Shown here in pieces: positions 1 through 13,600 of a DNA stretch of 64,000 bases. This DNA comes from Marsupella aquatica (taxonomy: Eukaryota; Plantae; Marchantiophyta): contig OZ316896.1 of assembly GCA_973895155.1 (NCBI GenBank), positions 7,895,539 through 7,959,538 on the forward strand, in the 5' to 3' direction. A program made the translations under genes and the position numbers. The notes below the pieces were generated by a model. The model had not been told where the DNA came from, searched no databases, and saw nothing but the letters and a program-made list of their open reading frames with translations. Position 1 is the first letter of the stretch, and every line of letters starts with the position of its first letter.

Positions 1-249
1 AGTCGGGATGCGTGGTGTTCGCATCCGCCATTAGTGCTATGTAATGAGGGTGGCCAGCGTGCTCTCCCTCTGGTTTGGATAGTAAGATTTGCCTGACTTT
101 GCTGTTGGCCCTTTCTCCTAATCTAAAGTATCAGTCTTCGGGTTGGGTGAAACTTATAGCTCCTAACCACTCAAAGAATATATGACAGCATAAACCTAAT
201 CCGGACCGGTATGTCATACCATATTCGCTCATAATTGTCCGAGCGAATG

Positions 250-750
250 GCCCTCTTGTTGATCCCTGCTGCAGCTAAAATAATATGAAGGGTTTTTAAA
301 CCCATAGCTTCATTTCAATTTCAACAGCATTCCGGGATGCTATCTTCTGTCCCATGAATACTCTCTACACGTTGACGCTCACCTTCTTAAGTTGTTCCAA
401 CTTCTTCTTGTGCACCAGATCGGCTAGTGCCTCCTTCTATAATTTAGCAACTGTGGCCACCTCATCTCTCAAGCTCTGTACTTCCAGATCCCAGGCCTTG
501 TAGGTGTCCTTCGGGATCCGAACCACCTTATTGTATTGTTGGATGAGCTCCTTAACAGCTACATCTTGCAGCCATTTTGTCCTCTCTCTCTCTCTATTCT
601 TTCTTTGTCTTTTTCCAACGCAGCAATGTATGCCTGCTTCTCCTCTAATTGCCCTTGTAGCTCATGATTTATTTTCTCCGCTTTTTGGAGCTTCTTCTCA
701 CACTTGAAAGCCCCCAGTCTGGCTGACGCCTCCTTCTTGGCAAGCACTTT
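250..750 (-). pseudogene. Degenerate coiled-coil ORF remnant, probably retroelement-derived
   Basis: ORF 559-747 is E/K/Q-rich with heptad-like spacing and continues past frameshifts and stops toward ~250. It resembles the coiled-coil tails of the TG..CA elements later in the window. No diagnostic domain. Confidence 0.3.
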
Positions 751-759
751 TGCAAAACT

Positions 760-940
760 AAAAGAAGTGGACCCCCTGCGATCAGGCCCTTTTCCTGTTT
801 ACCCCTTGTTATTTCCATTTTACTATTAAAAGTTCCCTTATTACCGGTAATAATTATAATTATTAGTTCAAAATAAATAAAAATTACCCTTTGAGCGTTT
901 GCACGTCCTCCACGTATTAGTTAAGACTGAGGGCCTAGGG
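760..940 (+). mobile_element. MITE family 1, copy 1 (left end truncated)
   Basis: Near-identical to 1011-1212 and ends in TGAGGGCCTAGGG; the left TIR is missing. Confidence 0.8.
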
Positions 941-1010
941 ACTTCTCAATAACGCCTCCCTGACAAAAGAACCCACAGATAGTCTTGTCCTCTTCACCAA
1001 GTGGAAGGAA

Positions 1011-1212
1011 CCCTGGGCCCTCACTTTGTGTAAAAGAAGTGGACCCCCTGCGATCGGGCCCTTTTCCTGTTTACCCCTTGTTATTTCCATTTTAGTATTA
1101 AAAGTTCCCTTATTATTGGTAATAATTATAATTATTAGTTCAAAATGAATAAAAATTACCTTTCGAGCGTTCGCATGTCCTCCATGTATTAGTTAAGATT
1201 GAGGGCCCAGGG
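1011..1212 (+). mobile_element. MITE family 1, copy 2
   Basis: 13-bp TIR CCCTGGGCCCTCA...TGAGGGCCCAGGG; perfect 8-bp TSD GGAAGGAA (1003-1010 / 1213-1220). Confidence 0.92.
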
Positions 1213-1516
1213 GGAAGGAAGCAACAATGCACATCCTTGAACAACTTGCGCACCATGATTGAGCACTGATCGAGTCTATCCCACACTGCAATTTCTTTGT
1301 ACTCAGGAAGAGTGCATTGTCCAAAAATCACAAATGCAAGCCTCCTTTGGTCTCAACAGTCTTAAACCACAAACCTCCCGTAGAAAGCCCAAACTACTAC
1401 TCGAGTCAGCATGGACTACTCCTCATTCAAGTCGTCCAAACCAGTTACATACTTAACGTCCAACACGGCTTGGTTCATCTGAAACGTCGTACATAACACC
1501 ATAACCTTGGTAACGA

Positions 1517-1726
1517 CCCTGGGCCCTCAATCTTAACTAATACGTGGAGGACATGCGAACACTTGAAGGGTAGACAGTCTTTATTAATTTTGAACTAATA
1601 ATAATTATTATTACCGATAATAAGGGAACTTTTAATAGTAAAATGGAAATAACAAGAGGTAAACAGGAAAAGGGCCCGATCGCAGGGGGTCCACTTCTTT
1701 TACGTGTACGGAGTGAGGGCCTAGGG
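1517..1726 (-). mobile_element. MITE family 1, copy 3 (inverted)
   Basis: Reverse complement of copy 2 with the same TIR; imperfect flanking duplication GTAACGA/GTAAGGA. Confidence 0.88.
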
Positions 1727-1919
1727 GTAAGGACTCAACCCATGACGTAACGATTAACGATGTACGAACCTCCACACAAATGTTACATCCTACCACGCGT
1801 CGTTATTGAGGAAACGATGTCACGGACAACGTTCTGGAAAGCTGATACAACGATGATCATTTTATATGTGTTGCACACGATGTTACGAGTGGAGCAATTG
1901 GCGGTCCTGTGTCTACGAG

Positions 1920-2125
1920 CCTTGGGCCCTCAGTCTTCACTAATACGTGGAGGACGTGCGAACGCTCGAAGGGCAATTTTTCTTAATTTTGAACTAATAA
2001 TTATAATTATTATCGATAATAAGGGAACTTTTAATACTAAAAATAATGGAAATAACCAGGGGTAAATAGCAAAAGGGCCCGATCGCAAGGGGTCCACTTC
2101 TTTTACACGAAGTGAGGGCCCAGGG
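1920..2125 (-). mobile_element. MITE family 1, copy 4 (inverted)
   Basis: Same TIR and body; TSD TCTACGAG/TCTACGAA (7 of 8 match). Confidence 0.9.
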
Positions 2126-2229
2126 TCTACGAAGTGTTCATTACGTTGTACCTAATTGTATACGTATATAGTCATGGAAGTCGTTAAGCATATTAACGAT
2201 GTATGTCAAGATTTTCTGTTTGCATTCAA

Positions 2230-2675
2230 CGCAACAAAATCTAGTTGTGTTTGGCATCCCGACATCTTTTTACTTCACTACATTTTACATGATACAACAT
2301 CTTTGGCACCACTACATTTTTAAATTTCTCGACATCGATCTTTTTCCCATGTCTTTTTACTTCACAACATCTTTGGCATCATGACATCTTTGGCGCCACG
2401 ACAGCTTTTTACTTACATCTTTCACATAATGACTTCTTGGCAACACAATTACTTCTTTATTATTAATGACAGTTTTTTCTTGCCCGACATTTTTCATATA
2501 ATGACATTTTTTTTCTTAACAACATCTTCACAAAACAACATCTTGAGCGTAGCGTTTTGTTTTATTTTGTACGACTCTTGATCTACACAACATCTTTTGT
2601 CTCAATGATCTCTTGGCCAACACAACATCAACCATTTTTGTATCAATGATGTCTTGGCCAACACAAATCTTTTGT
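2230..2675. repeat. Degenerate short-motif repeat array (ACATCTT / ACAACATCT / CTTGGC)
   Basis: Many dispersed (G/A)ACATCTTT and TCTTGGCCAACACAA motifs; no fixed period. Confidence 0.55.
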
Positions 2676-2739
2676 TAAACGCAATGGTACTATTGAGCTC
2701 ATATTTAGTTGATATACTTGCCCATGCAAATGCTACGCA

Positions 2740-3146
2740 CATGCGATATTACATGCTTGGCAGAGTCGCGAACATATGACCAATGCAAATAAGCCATGAC
2801 CGCGAGCGTAGTTTTACTACCGCAAACTTAATGATGTTGTGGATTTTGCAATACGTTTGCAATATCAATCGCTTCGCAAACAGGATAAATAGGATGAACT
2901 TTGCAAAGATGTTTGCGAGGCGTGAAGAATCGCAAAGAGTTGCGATAAGTTGCGCATCGCAAACTGATTTTGCGATTGTAAGGGGTTTGCTAATAGAGAT
3001 GCGGGATGGATTGCAATGTGTGCGATGGTAAGGGGTTCGCTAACATAGATGCAGGATGGATTGCAATGTGTGCGATGGATGACATTTCGCAGGGAGTTTC
3101 GGTGCGACGAAATCGCCTTTACAACAAGGCCAAATATGTAGTAGTG
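2740..3146 (+). mobile_element. Orphan right end of a CACTA element of the A/B type
   Basis: Ends CCAAATATGTAGTAGTG, the same as the CACTA-A right terminus at 57603; preceded by dense TCGCA/TGCGA subterminal motifs. No matching left end was seen. Confidence 0.8.
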
Positions 3147-5689
3147 AGTCTTAGCAAGCACAGCAGGAGAAAACCACGAAGCTGCACAACAATGCCAGTA
3201 ATCTGCGTCGTCACGTCATATATTCTATCCTCAGGAGAAGTGAAGAAACTAGGATCAGAACCTCATGATTTAAGAGGACGTCTCATCCACTGCGAGCTAC
3301 GAGAGTCCCCGGTAGGATTGAGATCTATCACAGCTTCCATTCTCTGGTCCATCTGTAGTACAGTCTCCATGCGAGGTGCTGTTTTTTAACAATTGGATCA
3401 TATATGGTCTGCGATGAATTCAGGCAAGGATCTCGGAAGCTTTGAGGAATGAGGCCAACGGAAGCGTCATCGTCAACTCCAACGAATCCTGGAAAGGGTT
3501 CCAAGCGTACCGAGTCAGGTTCCACCTAGCTAGACTAGACTACTCCTTGTGCTGCGAACAAGGCAATGACAAGCGCTCGCCACCTGGTTCGGCCACCGCA
3601 ACTAGAAACTAGAAACTAGCTAGACAAATGCTTTTGTCAACTGCAACCATAGGCTAATACGATCATCAGATTTAAACCAAATCATCATCACCAAAGACAA
3701 CGATGAAATCGATGAGCACATTCCGCTAAAATATCGGACGGGGATTTCAATGGATGCAAATCTGAATTTTTTTTCGATCCGCCATCATCTCGTTTGTGAA
3801 AGCATTTAAAGTCAATGGTTGCAGCCAGCTGCTGGTCGTAACTAGCTACTCCCGTTAGACTTTGCCATAATGCCATGAGAGTCTGGAGTCTGAAGGCGCA
3901 TGTGCTGGGCTAAGTCAGCATCCTAAGTTTGACGCCGCAACATTTGACGTCGCTCTTCATTAATCCCCGCTTTAATTTTAAATTTGATCTACTGTAGCTA
4001 GGATCTTGGGGACAAATGAATAAGCTAAAAATAATCTGTCACCCGTGAACTTACAATTACCAAGGCGACTATTTATGGTCAAATTCCATTAAAAATATAT
4101 ATATCGAGCTGCAATTGTCGTGATCGATCTCTCCCTCCAATTTGCAATACAAAATTTGAGGATATTGTTTGCAGCCTAAGGACGAGGCCATGTCAACGAT
4201 GCGGAAAGCTGGGTAAGCCAAACAAACTACAGTGAGTTTCCTGCAGCTGCATGCTCGTAATTCTCTGTCGAGGGGGGGAGGGGGGGGCGGGGGGGGGGAG
4301 GCTTCCTGCCATGATCATCAAGGGCAAACAATGTTATCCACTTGTATGTTCTTTCAAATCCATCAAGAAATTAGACACAGGTCAGTCCCAACTTCTTCAT
4401 TGAATTCGGCCATTTTATTAAGGTCGATCTCGATCTTGAACCGGAAGCCGTCCTTCTCGTAGTCCTCATTGTCATGCAGCTGAATTTGTTTCTCTGAGAA
4501 ATATATGGCGTGCATATTTACTACTTATTGATCGACGTTCCACCGTCAGAAGGATTGTTGAATCATCTTTTGGAATCAGTTAGACGAGTAGATTGCTGGG
4601 CATTGTATGAGGTTGATCCGCATACATTCGATTTTAAACTTTCCTATGTACAAACGTAATCTGCTCCCTGCTGTAGTTGAACATGCATTTTGGAAGACGT
4701 TGGTTCAAGAACTGAAACGGTTTCTGACCTTGTGTCAAGTGAAAGAAGACCAGAAATTACAGTAGTAGAGACCGGCCAAGAAATCTGATCTTTCGACTCG
4801 ATTTGGTCTCTGCTTCGACTCTGAGTCCCTGGCTACGTCCGTCCACTCTCTTGAAGGTATTCGCAAACTCAGTTTCATTGCAAGGCCAGCGGAAGCTCTG
4901 GTTCACAGCAAACGCCTACACAGCTTGCTACACAGTCGACAGCCACTCCGGGCAAAGAGGTATCTGACCGCTCAATAAGCTTTTGCTGTTACCTTGCTTC
5001 ACTACTGTACCTAGGGGCGATTCCATGGTATCCTCACGTCTCACTGCAGGTTTCGGTTTGCGGAAGCTTTCGATGTTTAGCGGTTGGACTATCTCGGCGT
5101 AAGGGTTACTCTATTGATTGACTCTAGCAACTGAAAATTTCGAGATCCAGGACATGTACTCCCTTTGTTTCCTTAGTTATTCACAGAAGAATCGAAGATA
5201 ACATCGAATAGCAGAGTTTTCCCTGAATGAAATAACTTCCTTCCATTTGAGTGTAGCTTTGACTTTTTCAATCTGAATCTTGAATAATTGAATCACTAAT
5301 ATTGTCTGGCCCGGTTTGCTATCACATGAACAGGAACGTTGTTTGATTCATGAATGTCGTCTGAAACAGGTGAAAAATAATTAACTTTGGTAGAAGCCAT
5401 CATGCTGCGACAATAGCCTAGCTGGCGAAAAACAGGATTTCAACACATCTGCCGACAGCTCCTGTCCATAGCCACGAGTTCGAATCGAAAAATCTCCAGC
5501 TTGAATTGGAGTGCTCTCGACCTTATTGTATGCGTTCTAACGCGGGAGGCCATCAACATTCTTGGATCTCCAGTTAAGAGTGATTTTGCCAAAGGCTCTT
5601 CTGTCGAAACCCTTAGCCCATCGCCGGTGGCGACGTCTTCTAGATAAATACTTCAATTGTCATATATATCTTCAAGCCAACCGGGCGAG

Positions 5690-7397
5690 ATGAATAGTCG
5701 GAGTCTACCGTACAAAGAGAACGAGAACCCGTTTGCATACGATACAGAACAAGCTCAGACGGAGGGCAGACGGACGAATCGCGAAACTCCATTCTCCTTC
5801 TTTGGCGATGATCGGGCCGATGATACTACTACTACTGTGCCAAGAGTAACGGGAACCCGTGATTCAAACAGCTCCAAGGTAATCAGGCTACAACGATGGA
5901 ATATCGCACTCAGACTCGCGACGTGTGTTTTCTGTCTGACAACTATCCTTTTACTTGTATTGTCAAGACAGAGTAAGTCTGGAATACAGCTCACAAATGG
6001 AAACACGGGAAGAGGGACTGCGACGTACAAATTTAGCGGCACATTCAAGTACGTTCAATCTTCCTTGCTTCTCAACCTAAATATTGGGTCGTCTGAAGTT
6101 GTGCATCTACCATGTTTCAGCTTCGTCTTTGGATTCGATGGAAGAGATATGAGCATAACCGAAAATGGTCTGAAGACACCTTTTCATGAAAGTAAGAACT
6201 TATCTACTGAATAGACACAAAGTTATTGGTTTGAAATCCCCTTGTTGACGCTTGTGCTGTCTGGAATTGAACGACTATTCTGCAGGTTCCTCCTGTTAGT
6301 CTACTTTCTCGTATTGCTGTACGCATTGCTACTGTCAGGTCTTGGAGTAGTGATGTGGAAAAAGGGCCTAAGCGCGACAACTCCTCGTACCCTTATGTGG
6401 CCAGCCTTCGTCGTTAACTTGGTAAGCTGTCCAAACTTATTAGCTAGGCTGCCAACTCCAGTGAGAATGTTACGTTGATGTGGAAAGAAAGATTCTCGTC
6501 CAATTCACCTGATCATGAACCAAAACCATTCTTTGCGAAATAATGATAAGACTGCTCTCGGCCCAGGTTAGTAGTCAAACACCATAAGAGTGGATGACTT
6601 ACAAGTTCTGAAAACTAAGCTTAATGGGTCACAAACGAACCTTGTAGCTAAACTGTTCCCAAACTAAGATATCAATATGAATCCGTGCTCATTACGACTA
6701 CGTATATGTATGGTGGTTCCACCGTAGACAAAGCCCAATCGCGAGGAACAGGTGCCTTTAGTATCTGTAGTATCTATTACGTTGGGTCCCGTGAGTGTTT
6801 CATGCAACGGTTCTTCCTACAGTAATTGCAGTGCAGGGATCATCAGTTGCACTATGAATTTGGTAGTTGTAACTTTTGTGTCTGTAACCCTAAATCCAAA
6901 AAGTTTTGGACTATGAATTTGGTAGTTGTAACGTTTGGTGTCAATAATCCTAAACCCGTAACAACTACGGAGTTAAGTTGCATCAAATTACTAACTTTGA
7001 GACACCCTATTGGTCCACCTAATGGCTCCAAATTAATATTGATAACCCTAAACCCGTAACAACTACGGAGTTAAGTTGCATCAAATTACTAACTTTGAGA
7101 CACCTTATTGGTCCACCTAATGGCTCCAAATTAATATTGATGATTGATTTGAATTTGTACCTACTCCAGGTTACTACGGGCTTTTTACTTCTGGCATTCG
7201 CTGCTGCTGTGGCAGTGGAGGTGGTGGCCAGACAAGGGCTTGTGCTGGGTGACATACATTGGCAGGCAATTTGCCACTGGTTTAATTTTTTTTGCTTCAT
7301 CAATGAGCTTGGGTTAGCTGCTGCTGCGGTTGCCTACTTATGCCTCGCCGCAAGCACCAGTATTGACGCCTACTTCATCCACATCCGTGAGGATTAG
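5690..7397 (+). CDS. CASP-like (CASPL, DUF588/MARVEL superfamily) four-transmembrane protein; exons 5690-6048, 6286-6421, 7170-7397
   Basis: TM1 'IALRLATCVFCLTTILLLVLS'; 'ATYKFSGTFK|FLLLVY' spans a GT-AG intron; the last exon has the CASPL signature 'WQAICHWFNFFC'. The three exons join in frame, matching the usual 3-exon CASPL structure. Confidence 0.88.
6949..7141. repeat. ~98-bp tandem duplication in CASPL intron 2 (also a 60-bp-period duplication at ~6851-6950)
   Basis: CCTAAACCCGTAACAACTACGGAG...AATTAATATTGAT occurs at 6949 and again at 7047. Confidence 0.9.
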
Positions 7398-8844
7398 GCC
7401 ACCTATACAGTTTGTAACACGTAACCGAGGAATACGAAAATACTTCAACAACAATTAGGTCCTTCCAGAGAGATTTGTAATAGATCGATATACCGCTTCA
7501 GAAATGTTTAACGAGTTGTTGGTTTTCTGTAATTTCTTCTGCTTCACTTTCGTTCCTTAATGATATTAAGCATCGAGATGTTTGAACTGGACCACGGTAG
7601 ACATTTTCAAAATTAAGCAGTTATTAATAGCCAGGAGAGCTGATCACTCAACTCCACTTGGATCATTGCCAAGGTATGAATGTTTACAGTACTTCAGATT
7701 ACAATAGGGAATCAATGGTTGTCACCGCACCTTTAGATCACGCTGTTACACTTAGCTTTAAGTGACTTTGACATGTTTAGTGTCCCAACAGTGCGTCAGC
7801 CTAGATGTGACCGTCCATGACTGGACATCTTCGGCACAATGGCAGGTAAAGTAATGAACGCATCACGTGGCTCTCCTGTTCATCTTAAAGATATATGTAC
7901 AACTACACACAACAGTAAGTCATCATGTTTAAGGTTAAGATGCTACCAGACTCCAGAGGTCTAAGGCCTTCATTGAGGTTTAAACGTTTGAACCTGATAT
8001 AACCATCATGATTGAGTGCCATTGTGATTTGCTACCACGTACTAGACTCAACGCTGGTGTATTTGGCATGCTCAGGAGGAAGAAGTGTAGTATAATTATG
8101 TGGGTGATATAATTATATGGAAACCTAGCCCCACCAGCCCCTACTATTGGAAAGACTCGAAATCACAAGACAGAGTGCTTCTCTTAAAGATATCTCTTTC
8201 TTAAATTGTTGTGTGAAGAAGACTAAACAAGATGCGGCTTCAAAGGCAGCAAGGATATCCTCAAGTAGGCTAGGAGGAATGATTTTTTCATCCTCATGAT
8301 ACATGTCATAACTAAAAAAATTAGTTTGGAACCAACTGATAAAATGCAAAGATCCCACTAGGATTTGCAGAGTCATATGTGCAATTTTCTTTCCAGTTTA
8401 CCATTGCTTTCCATAAGTGTTTGGGTTTACATTGGCTATGTTTACATGAAATGAAGCACATACAAGAATGTAACAGTTTAATTATACCCAAATCCTTTGT
8501 ACATTCCCCGGTATTTCTCAATCATGCATGATTGTATGTTGAATCCTGTAGGGTGCTATGTAGAGCTCTAGAGTTAGAGAACCAAATTGACAAACTAAGC
8601 AAACTTAAGGTGGTACAAGCTGTTGCATATTAAACAAGAGTTTCATTCTACTAAGAACGGAAGTGATTTAGCCCTTCAACATGGAACTTGAGGAGTGCAA
8701 TTTCATTGTTTGAGAGTTGCAATGTGAATACTATGTCACTGACTCCATAACATAATAAACCCAATTATTTTGTTTAAATCAGTTTATGATGTTATTCTAA
8801 GGATGTATCTGGCTTTTGATGCGCAATTACCAGGGTGCAAAAAT

Positions 8845-9186
8845 TATTGAGCATAGACGACACTCGTAACGGTAAGCACATGACACATCCAACGCGCAAG
8901 TAGTCGACAAAGAGATACGTGGTTCACCTCCTCGAGGCTACGTCCACGGGAACACACAAGAGAGCTTTACTGAACTCTAAGCCCGTCGGCCATACCAAGT
9001 CTCCACAGTGTAAGCTCTCCTCATCTCTCAAGTGGCTCCATAACAATGAGCCTAAGTTCCACTTATCCAAGCAAACACCGCTTGGCATATAGTGTGCATC
9101 CTAGTTAACCTAACCATGTCTCCGACTACGGTTAGTCTAACTACGGTTATATGTCGTAACCCTAGACCTTGAGTAAATACCTAACA
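8845..9186 (-). mobile_element. 3' LTR of the Copia element
   Basis: Minus-strand polypurine tract AAGGGGGAGAT (~9187-9197) directly precedes TGTTAG at 9186. The left boundary is approximate (TATTGAGC, probably a mutated TGTTGAGC). Confidence 0.7.
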
Positions 9187-9402
9187 ATCTCCCCCTTGAG
9201 TCTGGTCTAGGGGAGGGTAATACTGCTTAACCTATATGATTCCTCAGCGGGAAGTTTTGGATGAAAACCAACATGGTTTCCCCTCTCTAACTAGAGCAAA
9301 CCAGAACTAAGCCGTAGCCTATAATTACTAAGAGTGAAGAAGAGCATATATCAGTAATTACAGCGAATGGTAAGCAAAACCCTTGTGACGCAATTGCAAA
9401 AC

Positions 9403-10684
9403 CTACAGCACATCACGATGTCTAGAGAAACTTTCCAAAGGAATCACTTTGGTAAATGCGTCAGCTGGGTTGAGTTTACCGTCTATCTTGACTAGCTCAA
9501 ACAAATTATCAGACAGAGCCTGTCTGATAAAATGGTACCTGACATCTATGTGCTTCACTCTACTGTCCATCACCTGGTTCACAGCAAGGTGGAGCGCACT
9601 CTGACTATCACAATGGAGCTTCACATTCCCCTGTGACAATCCCATTTCAGTGATAAGTCTATCCAACCAAATCGCTTCCTTCACTGCTTCCGCTGCTGCA
9701 ATATACTCTACTTTTGTAGTAGACTGAGCAATACACTTCTGCAAAGTAGACCTCCAACTTATGCATCCACCGCCAAGTGTGAACACATACCCTGTTGTTG
9801 ATCTCCTTTGGTCCAGATCTTGTCCATAGTCAGAATTTACATAGCCAATCAATGATCTAGAATTCTTTGCATTCGCATCAAATAGAAGACCATGATCCAC
9901 GGTACCCTTCAAGTACCTGATAATCCACTTCACTGCTTCCCAGTGTACCTTCTCTGGATTCGACATGTACGTGCTCACCTTGCCCATAGCCATGGCAAGA
10001 TCAGGTCTAGTGCAAGTCATCAAATACATGAGACTTCCCACTGCCTTATCATAAGGAACCTTTGACATCAGCCCCTTCTCCATCGCATCTGTGGGACAAA
10101 AAACTGATGACAATTTGAAGTGTGCAGCCAAAGGGGTACTTACTAGTTTACTATCCCCCGTGTTGAACCTAGCAATTACCTTCCTTGCATAACTACTCTG
10201 TGTCAACCATAGCTTACCAGCCTCCAAGTCCCTAGTGATCTCCATACCCAAAATCCTCTCTTAGTTGGCCCTAGGTCTTTCATCTTAAACTCTGCACTGA
10301 GCAGTACCTTAAGCTTAACAATTTCAGACCTGTTTCAGACCTATCCTTGGCCGCAATAAGCATGTCATTCACATAAAATACTAAAATAATGAACCCAAAG
10401 ACAACATTTTTCACCGGTTTCAAATATACACAAGGGTCAAACACACTCCTGTGAAAACCTTGTGACCGAATCCAATCATCAAACCGCTTGTTCCACTGTC
10501 TTGGTGACTGCTTCAACCCATACAAGGATTTCAGCAATCTGCAAACCAATTCCTCTTGTCTTCTCTTCACAAAACCTAGCGGCTATCTCATGAAGATCAC
10601 CTCTTCCAAGGTGCCATAGAGGAAAGCTGTGATAACATCCATCTGATCTAGCAGTAGACCAAACATTACAACAAGCACACACAA
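9403..10684 (-). pseudogene. Ty1/Copia pol: RT C-terminal part and RNase H
   Basis: Motifs LKSLYGLKQSPRQW, YVNDML, VGSLMYLMTCTRPDL, RRSTTGYVF, CDSQSA, KHIDVRYHFIR; contains frameshifts. Confidence 0.96.
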
Positions 10685-13600
10685 TGTGACACGGGTGATA
10701 TATCACTTAATCGAACATAGGTCCTAGATTAGGACTTATACGGTCGTTAGGACCGTAGCCGTAGCATAGAGTAGTACGAATAGCCATCTTTGCCATTATG
10801 AATAGGTTAGGAGTAGGTTAGTTGACTGAATGATTATGAATTAAGGGAAGAAAATTATTACGATCAGCCGAGATACGGTGGCAACGGCGGAGTAAAATTC
10901 TGTTAGGAGATCACGCTTGGACCGAGACACCCAACTTCGGGGCCATAATCAACAACCAAAACGGCCTTGCCTTCTCACGCTCGGGCTCACCCTGGCACCT
11001 CCATAAGAGCTGAGTCGATGGCGCCACGGCCCATTTGCTTATTCATACCTTTTGGAATTTGCGGACGCTGCCATTCACTCTTGCCTTTTGCTCAAATCAA
11101 GCTAACTTTTACAAGGAAATTATCGAAGGGTAAGAGCGGATTATGGCGGGATTTAGTCAGGGCGAGTAAGACCTCCACCAGCAAGCAAAATTGTCCGGCG
11201 GGGACGCAGACTCGACAAACCAGACTACAAAGGTTAGTATGACCCTTACAACCTTGGGATTTTGGACCTTATTTGGCGAGGTAGGTGCTAAGTTCTCCAA
11301 GACTTACTGGTACTCTTGCCCCGAGAAAGCCGCTTACGAACAAAGATACGCAAAGTTGGTGGCCAAGGTAGCACAGGTTAATTGTGAGAAGATAGCCATC
11401 ACCAAAGATTCCAGCTACAACGAGCTACGGGACTACATCACCGAGCTATATCTCCGAGAGGAGGGGCTTAGATCGGTAGCAGAGGCGATTCTTGAAGTCC
11501 CCGCAAAGTTCTTTAGGCTGAAGGGTAGCCAGAGGCTGACTCAAGCAGAGTTCGACAAGATCCCGGGTTATATCGACCAGCAGATTGCAGCCGAAAAGCG
11601 CCAAGAAGACATCAACAGACAACAGGAAGCGGCGTGTAATCTTATGTTTCTCGGGGAAAGCTCCAATGCCTTCAACTGGGATATGGCTACCCCGACGCCA
11701 TCCCCAGCCCCTCAGCCGATGACCACCGGCGTACCACCAAACCGGTCCCAAGTCCGTCCCGTGAACAACATTGAGTGTTCCTTGGGTTCCAAGCATGTTA
11801 GTCCGCAGCTTTAGCAGCATTCTCGGAAGCGGGCAAGGACGACGCCGGCCCCCAAACCAATGACGCAAACCAACGCTGCCCCTACACCTGCATCGGCCAA
11901 CCCGCCAACTAACCAGTCCTGACGATCCTTGGATAATCAACCGCCCAACTTATTACAGGTAAGCCACGTCCCCGAGGTAGTCTGGACAGCGATCAAGAAA
12001 CCCGACCACGCGAACTATCTCAAGGAGCATCAGTTGGAGCAGTTTGCTCACTTGCTATGGAGACCTAACGCAGCCAGACCAAGGGAGGTTTATGAGTTTA
12101 TCTCCAATTTTGACATCGATGCGGCGACCACCAAGGTTTCAGGGCAGACCTTATCACTTACGAAGTCAATTGGCATAGATCTTTTGTCTGCCAATCGGGC
12201 CGGTGTCGGTAGAACTTCGAATTCGGGATAAAGAGTATACATCCCGACACTTCAAACCCAAGGGTAAGAAAGACAACGAGTACAAGCAGGGGTCATGCAC
12301 CAACCTAGTCTGTATGGAGCGACTTAACTTCATACGGACTACCCTACACATGATTGAGCCACGATCCAAGATCTCCCTCTGTACGATCGTACAGGTGGAA
12401 CAATACAAAGGGCGGAATTGGGCCCAATTCTTTTGCCGTAGGTTCTTGGGGGAGCTTAGGCGGGCTCAAGGAGGTATGTCTATTGGGGGAAGGACCTACC
12501 TAGGAAGTCACATCGCCATCATCCTCGCCTGGTACAAGGCGCAACGGGAGACCAGGGGAAAGAATATGGCCACCTCAGCCCCGACTAGCGTCGCCCCCGC
12601 TACGGAGGAGGCTACCCCGAGCAAGCGGACCACTATGCCTTAGGCAAACCCCAAGCCTGTGGCCCCGACTAATACTCCGTCACCTCCTCCTGTTGAAATC
12701 CCGCCGCCCCCTTCCGTCGAGCCTCCGCTGCCCCCAGCTAGTACAACCACCCCCAATCCCTCCACCACCTGAAGAAACCTTCCCCTCCCCATTGCAGACT
12801 ATGGAGGAGCTTGCCTCCCCTCCCGAGGAACCACCAGTGCCCGAGAGGATGGAGGACTACCAAGTAGCCCCGAGGACCATGGCCTATGACCTGGTCCAAA
12901 ATTTTAGCCAGACTATGTCAGGGGAATTGGCGACGTACATCGGGCAACAGGTCTTGGCGTACTTCCAACCAGCCTTCTTCATGTTAGAGCACCAACCACG
13001 GATCGTAAGCCGCTCAGAGGAAGAACTCATGGCAAAGGGGAACGAGATTGGGTGCCTCCAAATGCTAGTGGAACACCTCGAATAGGAGGCTACCACCCGC
13101 CGTGAAGAGTTAGTCCGCACCATTGAACAACGGGAAGGACTCAACCAGGAGTTGAGCGCGGCGCAAGCAGATCTCAAGAAGCTGGACGACACTATGCTTC
13201 AGTTGCGCTCAAAATCCTTGGCTTGGGTTACCAGCCTGACCGACCTCAACAACCAATTCCTGCAGGCAGCTCAGCAGGTGGCTAGTCTCTCCGCCGAGCG
13301 AGATAAATTGCTGGTGCAAAACCAGACCCATCGTGACTCCATCGGCCAGCTCAGCCTAGAGGTAGCACGGCTCCAGACCGAGGCCGACAAAGCTATGAAC
13401 GAGGCAAAGGAGGCGGTACGGGATAACAAGGCCTTGCAGGACCGCATTACCCTGCTCATCAGCCAACGGGCAAGACCTGGACCCACCTTTGATCAAGGCG
13501 GCTTGAGGTCTTGCCCCGACAAGGGAACAAACCCTGGTCCGACCACAGCACGCATATAAGGGGTGGTTAGCGGAGGGTGGGAGCGAATGCCACGCGAGGC

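Noticed and set aside
2783-3389. Short Cys/Arg/Ala-rich ORFs here and at 16053, 35380, 45108 and 56209
   Set aside because: They are translations of CACTA subterminal TCGCA/TCGGA repeats.
4271-4300. Poly-G run upstream of the CASPL gene, a possible G-quadruplex or regulatory site
   Set aside because: It is a simple homopolymer-like tract with nothing in the sequence supporting a function.
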